64,000 nucleotides of DNA from NCBI GenBank assembly GCA_965263295.1, contig OZ253665.1, positions 1,088,001-1,152,000 of the forward strand, given 5' to 3'. A model generated the notes under the pieces. It saw nothing but the letters and a program-made list of their open reading frames with translations, did not search any database and was not told the DNA's origin. Below, piece by piece: positions 9,743 through 17,681 of the stretch. A program made the position numbers and the translations under genes. How positions within the stretch are numbered: position 1 is the stretch's first letter; every line of letters starts with the position of its first letter. This DNA comes from Spirochaetia bacterium. GTDB lineage: Bacteria > Spirochaetota > Spirochaetia > SP-2023.

Positions 9743-10393
9743 CTACTCGTCATTTTTATTGAGCAAAGCATTAAAATATTCCAAGTGGCGGACTTCTAGA
9801 CGCAGGGGGATCCCACGCTGTATTTGCCCAATCACGCTATCGTGAAAAGGTAGGTAAAGGTATTCCTGGCTATAATGGCGAATGTAATGAGGTGCGAGCC
9901 GGACTTCAAGCAAGAGTTGGGCTCCTCCTTCCATTAGGCCGCAAATCTGCCCCAGAGAGAACTCAGCTGGACTGCCTTTGGGGGCCTCGGAGACATGGTA
10001 GAGTTCGGCACCGATGAGCTCGCGATAGTGAAACTCGCCTTCGGCACAAGGGCTAGCATAATGTTCTTCCACCCAAAGTTCCCAGCCGTGAAAGGGCCTG
10101 ATCTGTTCTGGCGCGTTCCAGGCCCCGCACTTAAGAAGCAATTTATTGCTGCGACCCAATTCGTCTTGCCGCATGAGTAGCATTCCCTCAAGTTCTAATG
10201 CTTGTTTTCTATGATCCCGCGGGTGGCGGACTTCCAGTTTTCGCAGCTGACTCAGGCGGTGTTGGCCGCTGTCATCTGGCTGCAACGGATTGAAGAGGTG
10301 GCAGAGAAACTGTCCGCTCGTTTGATGAGACTTTACAATTCTGCCGATACAGATCAATAAAGGTTCGGTTGGCTCGGCAGGGAACATGACCAT
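9743..10393 (-). CDS. rimM: Ribosome maturation factor RimM (divergent)
   Basis: IGRIVKSH...G, EGEFHYRELIG and LLEV...YLPF; lies between khpA and trmD. Confidence 0.85.
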   Translation of the reverse strand: MVMFPAEPTEPLLICIGRIVKSHQTSGQFLCHLFNPLQPDDSGQHRLSQLRKLEVRHPRDHRKQALELEGMLLMRQDELGRSNKLLLKCGAWNAPEQIRPFHGWELWVEEHYASPCAEGEFHYRELIGAELYHVSEAPKGSPAEFSLGQICGLMEGGAQLLLEVRLAPHYIRHYSQEYLYLPFHDSVIGQIQRGIPLRLEVRHLEYFNALLNKNDE

Positions 10394-10487
10394 GCAGTCG
10401 TAACAGTAGAGTCAGGAAAGACAGAAGATAATTGCAGACAAGACAAAGCTGCAAGCAATTCAATAAATCGGCAGCTCAATCCGCCGC

Positions 10488-10733
10488 CTAGTCCAGAATT
10501 TCTAGGACATAGCGCTTATCCTGAAAGGCTGTCGCCGCCTGTAACAGGGTGCGCAATGCACGGGCAATGCGACCCTGACGGCCAATAACTTTGCCGATAT
10601 CTTCTTCTGAAACTCGAACTTCAAGGATGACAGAGCGTTCGCCTTCAATAGCTTCAACGCTTACTGCATCCGAGTGCTGGACCAGGGACTTGGTTATGTA
10701 TGCAATAAATTCTGCATATTCATTTGGGCTCAT
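10488..10733 (-). CDS. khpA: KH-domain RNA-binding protein KhpA
   Basis: DIGKVIGRQGRIARALRTLL; 81 aa; follows rpsP. Confidence 0.93.
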   Translation of the reverse strand: MSPNEYAEFIAYITKSLVQHSDAVSVEAIEGERSVILEVRVSEEDIGKVIGRQGRIARALRTLLQAATAFQDKRYVLEILD

Positions 10734-10751
10734 AGTGTACCTGTACGCTAA

Positions 10752-10997
10752 CTATAGAAAAGAGATGCCGTTTCTTGTCAGCAGGCGTTTTACCGTGTCT
10801 GTAGGTTGAGCGCCCTGCTTCAGCCAGTATTCAGCACGCTCTTTGAGAACTTTGACCTGGTCTTCTTTTTCGACAGGGTGATAGTAACCAATCTCTTCAA
10901 TGGCTCGGCCATTGCGTGCCTTGCGGGAATCTATGACAACGATTCGATAGTAAGGGCGGTGAATAGCACCCAGTTTTTTCAAGCGGATTTTTACCAC
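10752..10997 (-). CDS. rpsP: 30S ribosomal protein S16
   Basis: VKIRLKKLG...[11 protein letters not shown]...[11 protein letters not shown] start after a GGAG RBS. Confidence 0.98.
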   Translation of the reverse strand: MVKIRLKKLGAIHRPYYRIVVIDSRKARNGRAIEEIGYYHPVEKEDQVKVLKERAEYWLKQGAQPTDTVKRLLTRNGISFL

Positions 10998-11070
10998 AAG
11001 TCTACTCCCTGTATGGATATATGTTTGATGGCTGCGACCGAGCGGCTGCCGCCGGCCCGATTAGTTAGGT

Positions 11071-11099
11071 AGAATAAAAATTTTGCTGGTCCTTGTCAA
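11071..11099 (-). promoter_or_regulatory. sigma70-type promoter of the rpsP operon
   Basis: TTGACA-N17-TATTCT. Confidence 0.65.
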
Positions 11100-11297
11100 G
11101 CTGTTTGCTTGAGTGCTGTGGCTCTTTCGCAGTTACCTGCGATTGTACTCTCAGGCCTGCTGCAAATTATTTCCCACCTTTTAATGTAAAATAGAGGCTG
11201 AGGATTGATTGTCTGGCGTCAATTAGCCGTCGTAGGCAAAGAAATAGAACTTTGTATAATTAGGCTCCTTTGCCTGGCTTTACTGTTTTAAAGCCCT

Positions 11298-12515
11298 ATG
11301 CCTAAAACTGGGGGGCCTGTGTGCGACTCATCATCTAAACTGCCTAATACTGCGGATATTCAAGTCCGGTCTGTGCCCTTGGGAGACCGTAAAAAGCTGA
11401 AGCAGTTCATCTACTTTCCCAAGAAGTTATATCGCGGCGAGCTCTACTCTGGCTATGCCGGCGGCCAACGAGACCCGTATTGGGTGCCTCCCTTGTGGCT
11501 TAGTGAGTTCGAATTGTTCAATCCGCTTAAGCATCCGATTCATCGGCATTCACGAATTCAACCTTTTCTGGCCTTTCACGCGGGGCGACTGGTGGGGCGT
11601 ATCGCCGCTATCAGGGATGAGCTGTATATCCAAGTTCGGCAGCGCCAGGTGGGCTACTTTGGCTTTTTTGAGTGCATTGATAATCCAGCGGTAGCTGCCG
11701 CATTGCAACACGCTGCAATCGACTGGTGCCGGGAGCAGGGCCTACGGGAAATCATGGGCCCAGTCAACCCTAGCCCCAACCATATAATCGGTTTTCTCTG
11801 TAATCATTTTGTAGAGCCTCCCGTGGTACAAACTCCCTACAACCCAGAGTACTATTTAAAATTTTTTAGCAATAGTGATGGCTGGGAAACGGAAATGAAA
11901 TTTTATGCCTACCGCATTGATCGCGATGTCCATCAGCCATCTGAAAAAGCTTTTCGAGTTGCCCAATTAGCCCGGCAGCGCAACAAGTACCTGGAAATCC
12001 GCCCGCTCAATCTCAAGGACTTCTCAACGGATGTGGAATATATCCGCCAGATATGGAACGAGGCTTGGCTTGACCATAGAGAGTTTGTCCCTTGGCCTGA
12101 AGATGAATTTCGTTATATGGCCAAGAGCTTGAAGCTGATTGCCAACCCCAAGCTGGCCAAGTTGGCATTTATTAAAGGTGAACCTGCCGGTTTTGTGATT
12201 CCCATACCCAACGTCAACGAGGCTATGATTAAATCTAGTGGCCATTTGACTCCGGCCCTAATCGCCCGCCTATTCAAAGTCCGCAAGGGTGGCGACTGGT
12301 TGCGCCTGGCGATACTGGGCGTGCGCGAGAAATTTCAAAAAGGTGGCATAGAAGCCATAATGCTTTGTGATGCCTATACTACGGGTATGCAAATGGGTTA
12401 CCAGCACGCGGATATGTCCTTCATTACCGAAGAGAATGACAAGCTTTTGAAGTTGCTGGATCATATGAATTTTTGGCGGTATCGCGAATATTGCACCTTT
12501 CGTAAGGCACTCTGA
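11298..12515 (+). CDS. Tandem-GNAT N-acyltransferase of the YghO / bacterial ceramide synthase-like family
   Basis: FIxFPxxLY, DPYWVPPL, VGRIAA, GYFGFFECID, IMGP, PYNPEYY, NEAW and LGVREKFQKGGI motifs. Exact start uncertain. Confidence 0.75.
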   Translation: MPKTGGPVCDSSSKLPNTADIQVRSVPLGDRKKLKQFIYFPKKLYRGELYSGYAGGQRDPYWVPPLWLSEFELFNPLKHPIHRHSRIQPFLAFHAGRLVGRIAAIRDELYIQVRQRQVGYFGFFECIDNPAVAAALQHAAIDWCREQGLREIMGPVNPSPNHIIGFLCNHFVEPPVVQTPYNPEYYLKFFSNSDGWETEMKFYAYRIDRDVHQPSEKAFRVAQLARQRNKYLEIRPLNLKDFSTDVEYIRQIWNEAWLDHREFVPWPEDEFRYMAKSLKLIANPKLAKLAFIKGEPAGFVIPIPNVNEAMIKSSGHLTPALIARLFKVRKGGDWLRLAILGVREKFQKGGIEAIMLCDAYTTGMQMGYQHADMSFITEENDKLLKLLDHMNFWRYREYCTFRKAL

Positions 12516-12555
12516 GGCATATAGCGCGAGTGTATTTTCACTGAGGAGAGATTTC

Positions 12556-13503
12556 ATGAGCAATGTGTTTTTATTTCCTGGCCAGGGGGCCCAATACTCT
12601 GGGATGGGAAAAGATTTATTCGATAGTTTTTCCAGTGTGCGCGAGCTGTTCCATTGTGCCAGTGATATCGCCTCACTGGACTTGCAGGAAATCTTGTTTA
12701 GCGGTACCGAGGAACAGCTGAAGCAGACTAATATTATCCAAATAGGCATTACTTTGGTGAACCTAAGTGTCGCGACCGTGCTGCGCGAAAAGGGCATACA
12801 AGCGCAGGCGACTGCGGGTTTTAGCCTGGGCGAATACTCTGCCCTGTGGTATGCGGGGGTGCTTACGACCGAATCTGTCTTTCAGGCCGTGGTGGAACGC
12901 GGCCGGGTCATGGATCAGTGTTGTCGAAAGTTAAATACTCAGGCTTCACAGCCAGCGGGCATGGCAGCAGTATTAGGCCTGACTTATGATGAAGTGGCCA
13001 CAGCTCTGGCCCCCCTTCAAGCTAAGGGGGCGCATATTTATATTGCCAACTATAATGCGGTAAAGCAAATTGTTATTGCTGGCAGTGGCGCAGCTATTGC
13101 CGAGGCCGACTCTGTCATGCAAGATGCTGGCGCCATGAAGTACGTGTTACTGAAGGTTAGTGGTCCATTCCATACTCCACTGATGAAAAGTGCCGCAGAA
13201 GAATTTAGCCGCTTTTTAAGAGAGAAAGTTCACTTTGCTCAGCCCCAGCTGGCGTTGTACTCCAACGTCACCGGCGAGAGAGTGGCGCCGGGGTCAGACT
13301 TGGCCGAACTGGCTTTACTGCAAATTTATAGCCCTGTATTGTGGGTAAACATTGAGGAGTCGCTGAAAGCCGAAGGTTACAGCCAAGCAATGGAGACGGG
13401 GCCAGGCAGCGTCTTGACCGGGCTCTGGAAGCAATTCTTGCGTAAACAACCCTGTCAAACTTTGGGGACTCTCGAACAAATCGAAAGCCTTGTAGCAAAA
13501 TAA
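12556..13503 (+). CDS. fabD: Malonyl-CoA:ACP transacylase
   Basis: FPGQGAQ, GFSLGEY (catalytic Ser), VSGPFHT and GPGSVL. Confidence 0.93.
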   Translation: MSNVFLFPGQGAQYSGMGKDLFDSFSSVRELFHCASDIASLDLQEILFSGTEEQLKQTNIIQIGITLVNLSVATVLREKGIQAQATAGFSLGEYSALWYAGVLTTESVFQAVVERGRVMDQCCRKLNTQASQPAGMAAVLGLTYDEVATALAPLQAKGAHIYIANYNAVKQIVIAGSGAAIAEADSVMQDAGAMKYVLLKVSGPFHTPLMKSAAEEFSRFLREKVHFAQPQLALYSNVTGERVAPGSDLAELALLQIYSPVLWVNIEESLKAEGYSQAMETGPGSVLTGLWKQFLRKQPCQTLGTLEQIESLVAK

Positions 13504-13536
13504 AAGTATGGCGATAGACAGCTAACGGAGCCGAAA

Positions 13537-14829
13537 GTGAAGAATCAAAGGATTGTGATTACAGGCATTGGAACGGTGAACCCATTGGGGGGCAACCCGG
13601 AAGAATACTACCAAAATCTCTTGGCGGGTAAGTCGGGAATACGGCGTTGGCAGAGTCTAGACATGAGTAAGCTAGAGTGCCAGATCGGCGGTGATATGGG
13701 TGATTTTGACACTGCTGGCGCTATGGAACCCTTTTGGCCATATTTTGAAGGCCCAACATTCAAGTCTGTACGCAAGCTTTTTCGAGGCACGACTTTCTCT
13801 GCCAAAATTGCTCTGATTACGACGTTGCAGGCATGGGAAGATGCTGATTTCTTTGAAAGACCACCACTGGATCTCAGAGCAGTTAGCCTCCCGGTAGCTG
13901 GACACAACTTTAACTCAAACTATATCTTTGAGAATTACCGGACTTTTATTCAAGACCCGGACATGATTGAGCCATTGTGCAGTGTCGACGCCATTGATCC
14001 GAACCTGCCAGCGGTAGTTTCAGAGGCTCTCGGCTTGCATGGGCCGTCTTTTACGCTTGGCGGGGCATGTGCGAGTGGCAACCTGGCCCTTCGCCAGGGC
14101 TACCTGGACATTCTTTCGGGCGAGTGCGATACCGCTTTAGTTGTGGGACCTCCATTTGATGTCTCACCGGCGGATATTCAGGCTTCGACTATCCTTAGCG
14201 CCGTGGTTGTCAAACCAGAGTATCAGCATAACCCGACAAGCTCGTGCCGTCCGCTGGATAAGGGTCGTTGTGGGTTTCTTTATTCACACGGAGGCGCGAC
14301 GGTGGTTCTGGAGACTCTGGAGCGCGCGGAAGCGCGCGGCGCCAAGATTTATGGGGAGCTCCTGGGTGTGGCGGCTAACGCCAATGCCAATCACCTGCCG
14401 ATTCCTGGCGCAGAACACCAGGAACACGCCGTAAAGAAATTACTGAATATGACCGGGACAGAGCCTGAGCAGATTGATTATATCAACTGCCATGCCACCA
14501 GTACCTACGAGGGAGATTTACAGGAAATATTGGCACTGAAGAATGTTTTTGGTCCACATATCCAAAACATTAAATTGAATGCGCCGAAGTCCATGCTCGG
14601 CCACACTTGCTGGGCATCGCCGCTGGTAGAGACAATTGGCGCTTTGAAGTCTATGGAATACGGCAAGTTGCATCCGACTATCAATCTCGATGATCCCGAC
14701 CCAGAGGTCGAAGGTCTGGAGTTATGCGCCAACAAGGTCGTCAATCATCAGATTGACATAATGTTAAAAAATTCCTTTGGCTTTGGCGGTATCAATTGCT
14801 GTTCGCTGATTAAGCGCTTCCGAGGCTAA
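13537..14829 (+). CDS. Beta-ketoacyl-ACP synthase (atypical FabF/PksF-like ketosynthase)
   Basis: RIVITGIG, GGACASG (Cys), NCHATST (His), KSMLGH (His) and NSFGFGG. Confidence 0.88.
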   Translation: MKNQRIVITGIGTVNPLGGNPEEYYQNLLAGKSGIRRWQSLDMSKLECQIGGDMGDFDTAGAMEPFWPYFEGPTFKSVRKLFRGTTFSAKIALITTLQAWEDADFFERPPLDLRAVSLPVAGHNFNSNYIFENYRTFIQDPDMIEPLCSVDAIDPNLPAVVSEALGLHGPSFTLGGACASGNLALRQGYLDILSGECDTALVVGPPFDVSPADIQASTILSAVVVKPEYQHNPTSSCRPLDKGRCGFLYSHGGATVVLETLERAEARGAKIYGELLGVAANANANHLPIPGAEHQEHAVKKLLNMTGTEPEQIDYINCHATSTYEGDLQEILALKNVFGPHIQNIKLNAPKSMLGHTCWASPLVETIGALKSMEYGKLHPTINLDDPDPEVEGLELCANKVVNHQIDIMLKNSFGFGGINCCSLIKRFRG

Positions 14830-14855
14830 GAAGAAGTGAATGTAGGGAGTCAAAC

Positions 14856-15611
14856 ATGGGAAAACATATTCGCAAGGCTTTTGTCACCGGTGCTTCACGC
14901 GGAATTGGCAAGGGTATAGTCAAGGCCTTGGTCCTCGAGGGCTATGATGTGGCCTTTACATATGTGAGTAAGCCTGAGGTTGCCGAGGCCACGGTCTCAG
15001 AATTACAGGCTCTAGCACCTTCGGCAAAAATTCGCGCCTATGCCATGCAGCTTCAGGACGCAGCACAGATTGAAGCCGTTGTCGATCAGGTATTGTTAGA
15101 TTTTGACGAGATAGGCGTGGTCGTTAACAATGCGGCCATGTTGCGCAACAATGCTGCCGCCCTCATGAGTAATGAAGAATGGGACCAGGTGATTGCCGCG
15201 GATCTCAGCGGGCCTTTTTACGTCATCCGTAGCTTTTTGATGCACATGATTGGCAATCGTTTTGGTCGCATCATTAATATCTCGTCGCTGGCTCAAGACG
15301 GAGTCAGCGGTCAGATCAATTATGCCGCAGCCAAAGCGGGGCTCGTGGGCATGACCAAGTCTCTCGCGCGCGAGTACGGTCCCAAAGGTATCACGGCGAA
15401 TATAGTCTCGGTGGGACTGGTAGACACGGATATGGCCCGCGAACACGCCCAGGACGAGATGGTTCAGCTACTACTTAATTACTGCCCGTTGCGGCGTTAC
15501 GGCGAGATTGACGAGATTGCCAATACCGTGAGCTTTCTGGCAGGAACGGGAGCCGCTTACATCAACGGTGAATCTATTCGTGTAGCTGGTGGCCTGTCTT
15601 ACGTCCCGTGA
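14856..15611 (+). CDS. fabG: 3-oxoacyl-ACP reductase (SDR)
   Basis: TGASRGIG, GRIINISS, NYAAAK (YxxxK); adjacent to fabD and the ketosynthase. Confidence 0.88.
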   Translation: MGKHIRKAFVTGASRGIGKGIVKALVLEGYDVAFTYVSKPEVAEATVSELQALAPSAKIRAYAMQLQDAAQIEAVVDQVLLDFDEIGVVVNNAAMLRNNAAALMSNEEWDQVIAADLSGPFYVIRSFLMHMIGNRFGRIINISSLAQDGVSGQINYAAAKAGLVGMTKSLAREYGPKGITANIVSVGLVDTDMAREHAQDEMVQLLLNYCPLRRYGEIDEIANTVSFLAGTGAAYINGESIRVAGGLSYVP

Positions 15612-15624
15612 TTTCTGCAAGAAT

Positions 15625-16212
15625 ATGGATAAAGGAGTTGCCATCGAGCGGTGCATTGTGCTGCTCGGTTTGAAACATAGTGGCAAGAGTAGCGTGGGGC
15701 GTTTATTGGCCCCAGGCCTGCATCGCCGGCATTATGATGCGGACCGCTTACTTGAAGAACATTATTTTACCTTGTATCGAAAACGTCTGGGTCTGCGGGC
15801 GATTTATACCGAGTTGGGCAAGTCGGATTTTGACCGCTTACAGCTAAAGGTTCTACAAGATTTCCTTGAACGCGGTCCGGGCACAACGGACTTAGCCCCC
15901 CCCATCCTCTCTCTGGGGGGTGGAGCTGGGGACCTCGCTGAGTTGGGACAATTACTGTACGACAAAAATTGTTTCGTCATTTTGTTGGATGAGCAACCCA
16001 GTCTGTTGTTTCAACGCATCTTAAGAAGTGGTTTACCACCCTTCCTAGGCAATACAGCGACGCCTCAGGAAGCTTTTTCTCGATTTTATAAAATCAGTGG
16101 GCCGCGTCTACGGCGTTACCGTTTGTGGTCTGACCTTGTGTGCCGCTGCGCTCAACGCAGCCAAGAAGTCATAGCCAGAGAACTACAAGATCAGTTATGG
16201 ATTGAAGCTTAA
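15625..16212 (+). CDS. aroK: Shikimate kinase
   Basis: P-loop GLKHSGKS, YDADRLL, ILSLGGG and GLPPFL. Start uncertain (ATG 15625, or possibly ATC 15643). Confidence 0.8.
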   Translation: MDKGVAIERCIVLLGLKHSGKSSVGRLLAPGLHRRHYDADRLLEEHYFTLYRKRLGLRAIYTELGKSDFDRLQLKVLQDFLERGPGTTDLAPPILSLGGGAGDLAELGQLLYDKNCFVILLDEQPSLLFQRILRSGLPPFLGNTATPQEAFSRFYKISGPRLRRYRLWSDLVCRCAQRSQEVIARELQDQLWIEA

Positions 16213-16375
16213 AAAAGTCCAATCTTCAATGCTCGTCTACTTTCTTCGCACGAGTTCGGGACACAGAGTCTTCAAAACTAGCTTAAAGCCTCAGCCCGAA
16301 AGATTGCCGCAAGCTGCATTGCGTCCCGAATATGATTCGAGCAAGTTTGACCACCGGCGGATACAGGACAGCTTC
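16204..16375. ncRNA. Candidate structured RNA (long nested hairpin), unassigned
   Basis: Five nested complementary segments: GAAGCT/AGCTTC, GTCC/GGAC, TGCTCG/CGAGCA, TTCGGGAC/GTCCCGAA and AGCTT/AAGCT. No family motif recognised. Confidence 0.2.
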
Positions 16376-16383
16376 TTTAACAA

Positions 16384-16412
16384 TTGACCTGTCTCACTAT
16401 ATTATATACAAT
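16384..16412 (+). promoter_or_regulatory. sigma70-type promoter of the diguanylate cyclase
   Basis: TTGACC-N17-TACAAT. Confidence 0.55.
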
Positions 16413-16527
16413 TGACAGGATTGCTTTTATCTTGGCTCAACTCCTTGTCCTGGAACGCCTAGGGAGTTTGCAAGTTCAGTTCTTGGTGGTCCAAAATCAT
16501 TTGAAGTTAAGGTGCCCGAAAATTGTT

Positions 16528-17637
16528 ATGATTGATTCAGCTTCTGATGCCCACAAGCCTCACGTAAAAACATCGTTCTGGAACCCGCCAGCTTCGCAGA
16601 GTTGCGACGACCACGATTTTTTTAACCTTTTCTATATTAGTATATTGTCTACAGATAGCCTGATAGACTTAGAAGCGAACCTGTTCTCCTTTATGCATGA
16701 AGTCTTACAACAACAGACGTGCCTGTTCTACAGCAATATAGACCAGATTGAGGACAAGGCTGCCTTCGTCTTGCAACGCGGTAGCTATTCAACAAGGCTT
16801 TCAAGGGAGCCCCTCAAAAATATCTTTCCGACAATGATCACGCTAGATATCGATCATGAAGCATTAAAATTACAGAGTCTGCATAACTGTAACGACATAA
16901 ATCAAAATCATGATTTAAGGACAAACTTTTTTTCTGTCAATTCACAGCCCCCGACACATTCGTTCATAACGCAATTTAAAAATTCTGGCAACGATCTTCG
17001 TTGTGGCATGTTGCTACACAATGGCAGAGAAATCCATGGTGTTCTGCTGTACGAGCGCCCATTCCACCACCCGTATTTAAACACTCCGCTACGGCTGCAG
17101 CAATTCCAAGCCTTCTTGTCAATGTCCCTCGCTCACCGTCAGACTCTAAACTATGCGACTTTGGATCAGCTGACAGACCTGCATCGCAAATACTATTTTC
17201 TGAATCTAGTCCAGCGTCAGCTATATAAAAACCATAAAGACCATCAACTAATGATTATTGATATTGATTTATTTAAGAAATTTAACGATACCTATGGACA
17301 TCTAGAAGGTGACAATTGCCTCAAAAGTATTGCTAAAGCGATTAAAAACTCTTTGCGCAATCACGATGTCGCCGGGCGTTTTGGCGGTGAAGAATTGATC
17401 TGCCTTATTCAGAGTAATCTCAAACAAGGCCTTGTTGTCGCTCAACGCATTCACGATACAATTAAGAAGATCAGCCTGCGCAGCTCTACAGGCGATATGC
17501 TCCCTGTGCCGACGGTGTCCATAGGTATCGCCAGCTTCCGACAAGGAGAGGCGTTGAACCAATTAATAGAAAGGGCAGATAAAGCACTCTATCAGGCCAA
17601 ACAGAGTGGCCGCAATCAAACAGTCACTTCCAGCTGA
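16528..17637 (+). CDS. Diguanylate cyclase (GGDEF) with N-terminal GAF-like region
   Basis: DQLTDL, DIDLFKKFNDTYGHLEGD, RNHD I-site (RxxD), RFGGEEL and ADKALYQAKQSGRN. The ATG at 16528 is preferred because the longer TTG start is the -35 box. Confidence 0.88.
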   Translation: MIDSASDAHKPHVKTSFWNPPASQSCDDHDFFNLFYISILSTDSLIDLEANLFSFMHEVLQQQTCLFYSNIDQIEDKAAFVLQRGSYSTRLSREPLKNIFPTMITLDIDHEALKLQSLHNCNDINQNHDLRTNFFSVNSQPPTHSFITQFKNSGNDLRCGMLLHNGREIHGVLLYERPFHHPYLNTPLRLQQFQAFLSMSLAHRQTLNYATLDQLTDLHRKYYFLNLVQRQLYKNHKDHQLMIIDIDLFKKFNDTYGHLEGDNCLKSIAKAIKNSLRNHDVAGRFGGEELICLIQSNLKQGLVVAQRIHDTIKKISLRSSTGDMLPVPTVSIGIASFRQGEALNQLIERADKALYQAKQSGRNQTVTSS

Positions 17638-17681
17638 TTCTCCCCCGGCCTGCAATACAAAATGCTACACCATGAGATGCC

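Noticed and set aside
16385..16412. Canonical dif site
   Set aside because: Only one arm resembles XerD and the opposite arm lacks the ATAA symmetry. Kept only as a low-interest note.
16213..16527. c-di-GMP riboswitch upstream of the DGC
   Set aside because: The GCAAA...GAAA...GACGCAAAG pattern was not found on the sense strand.
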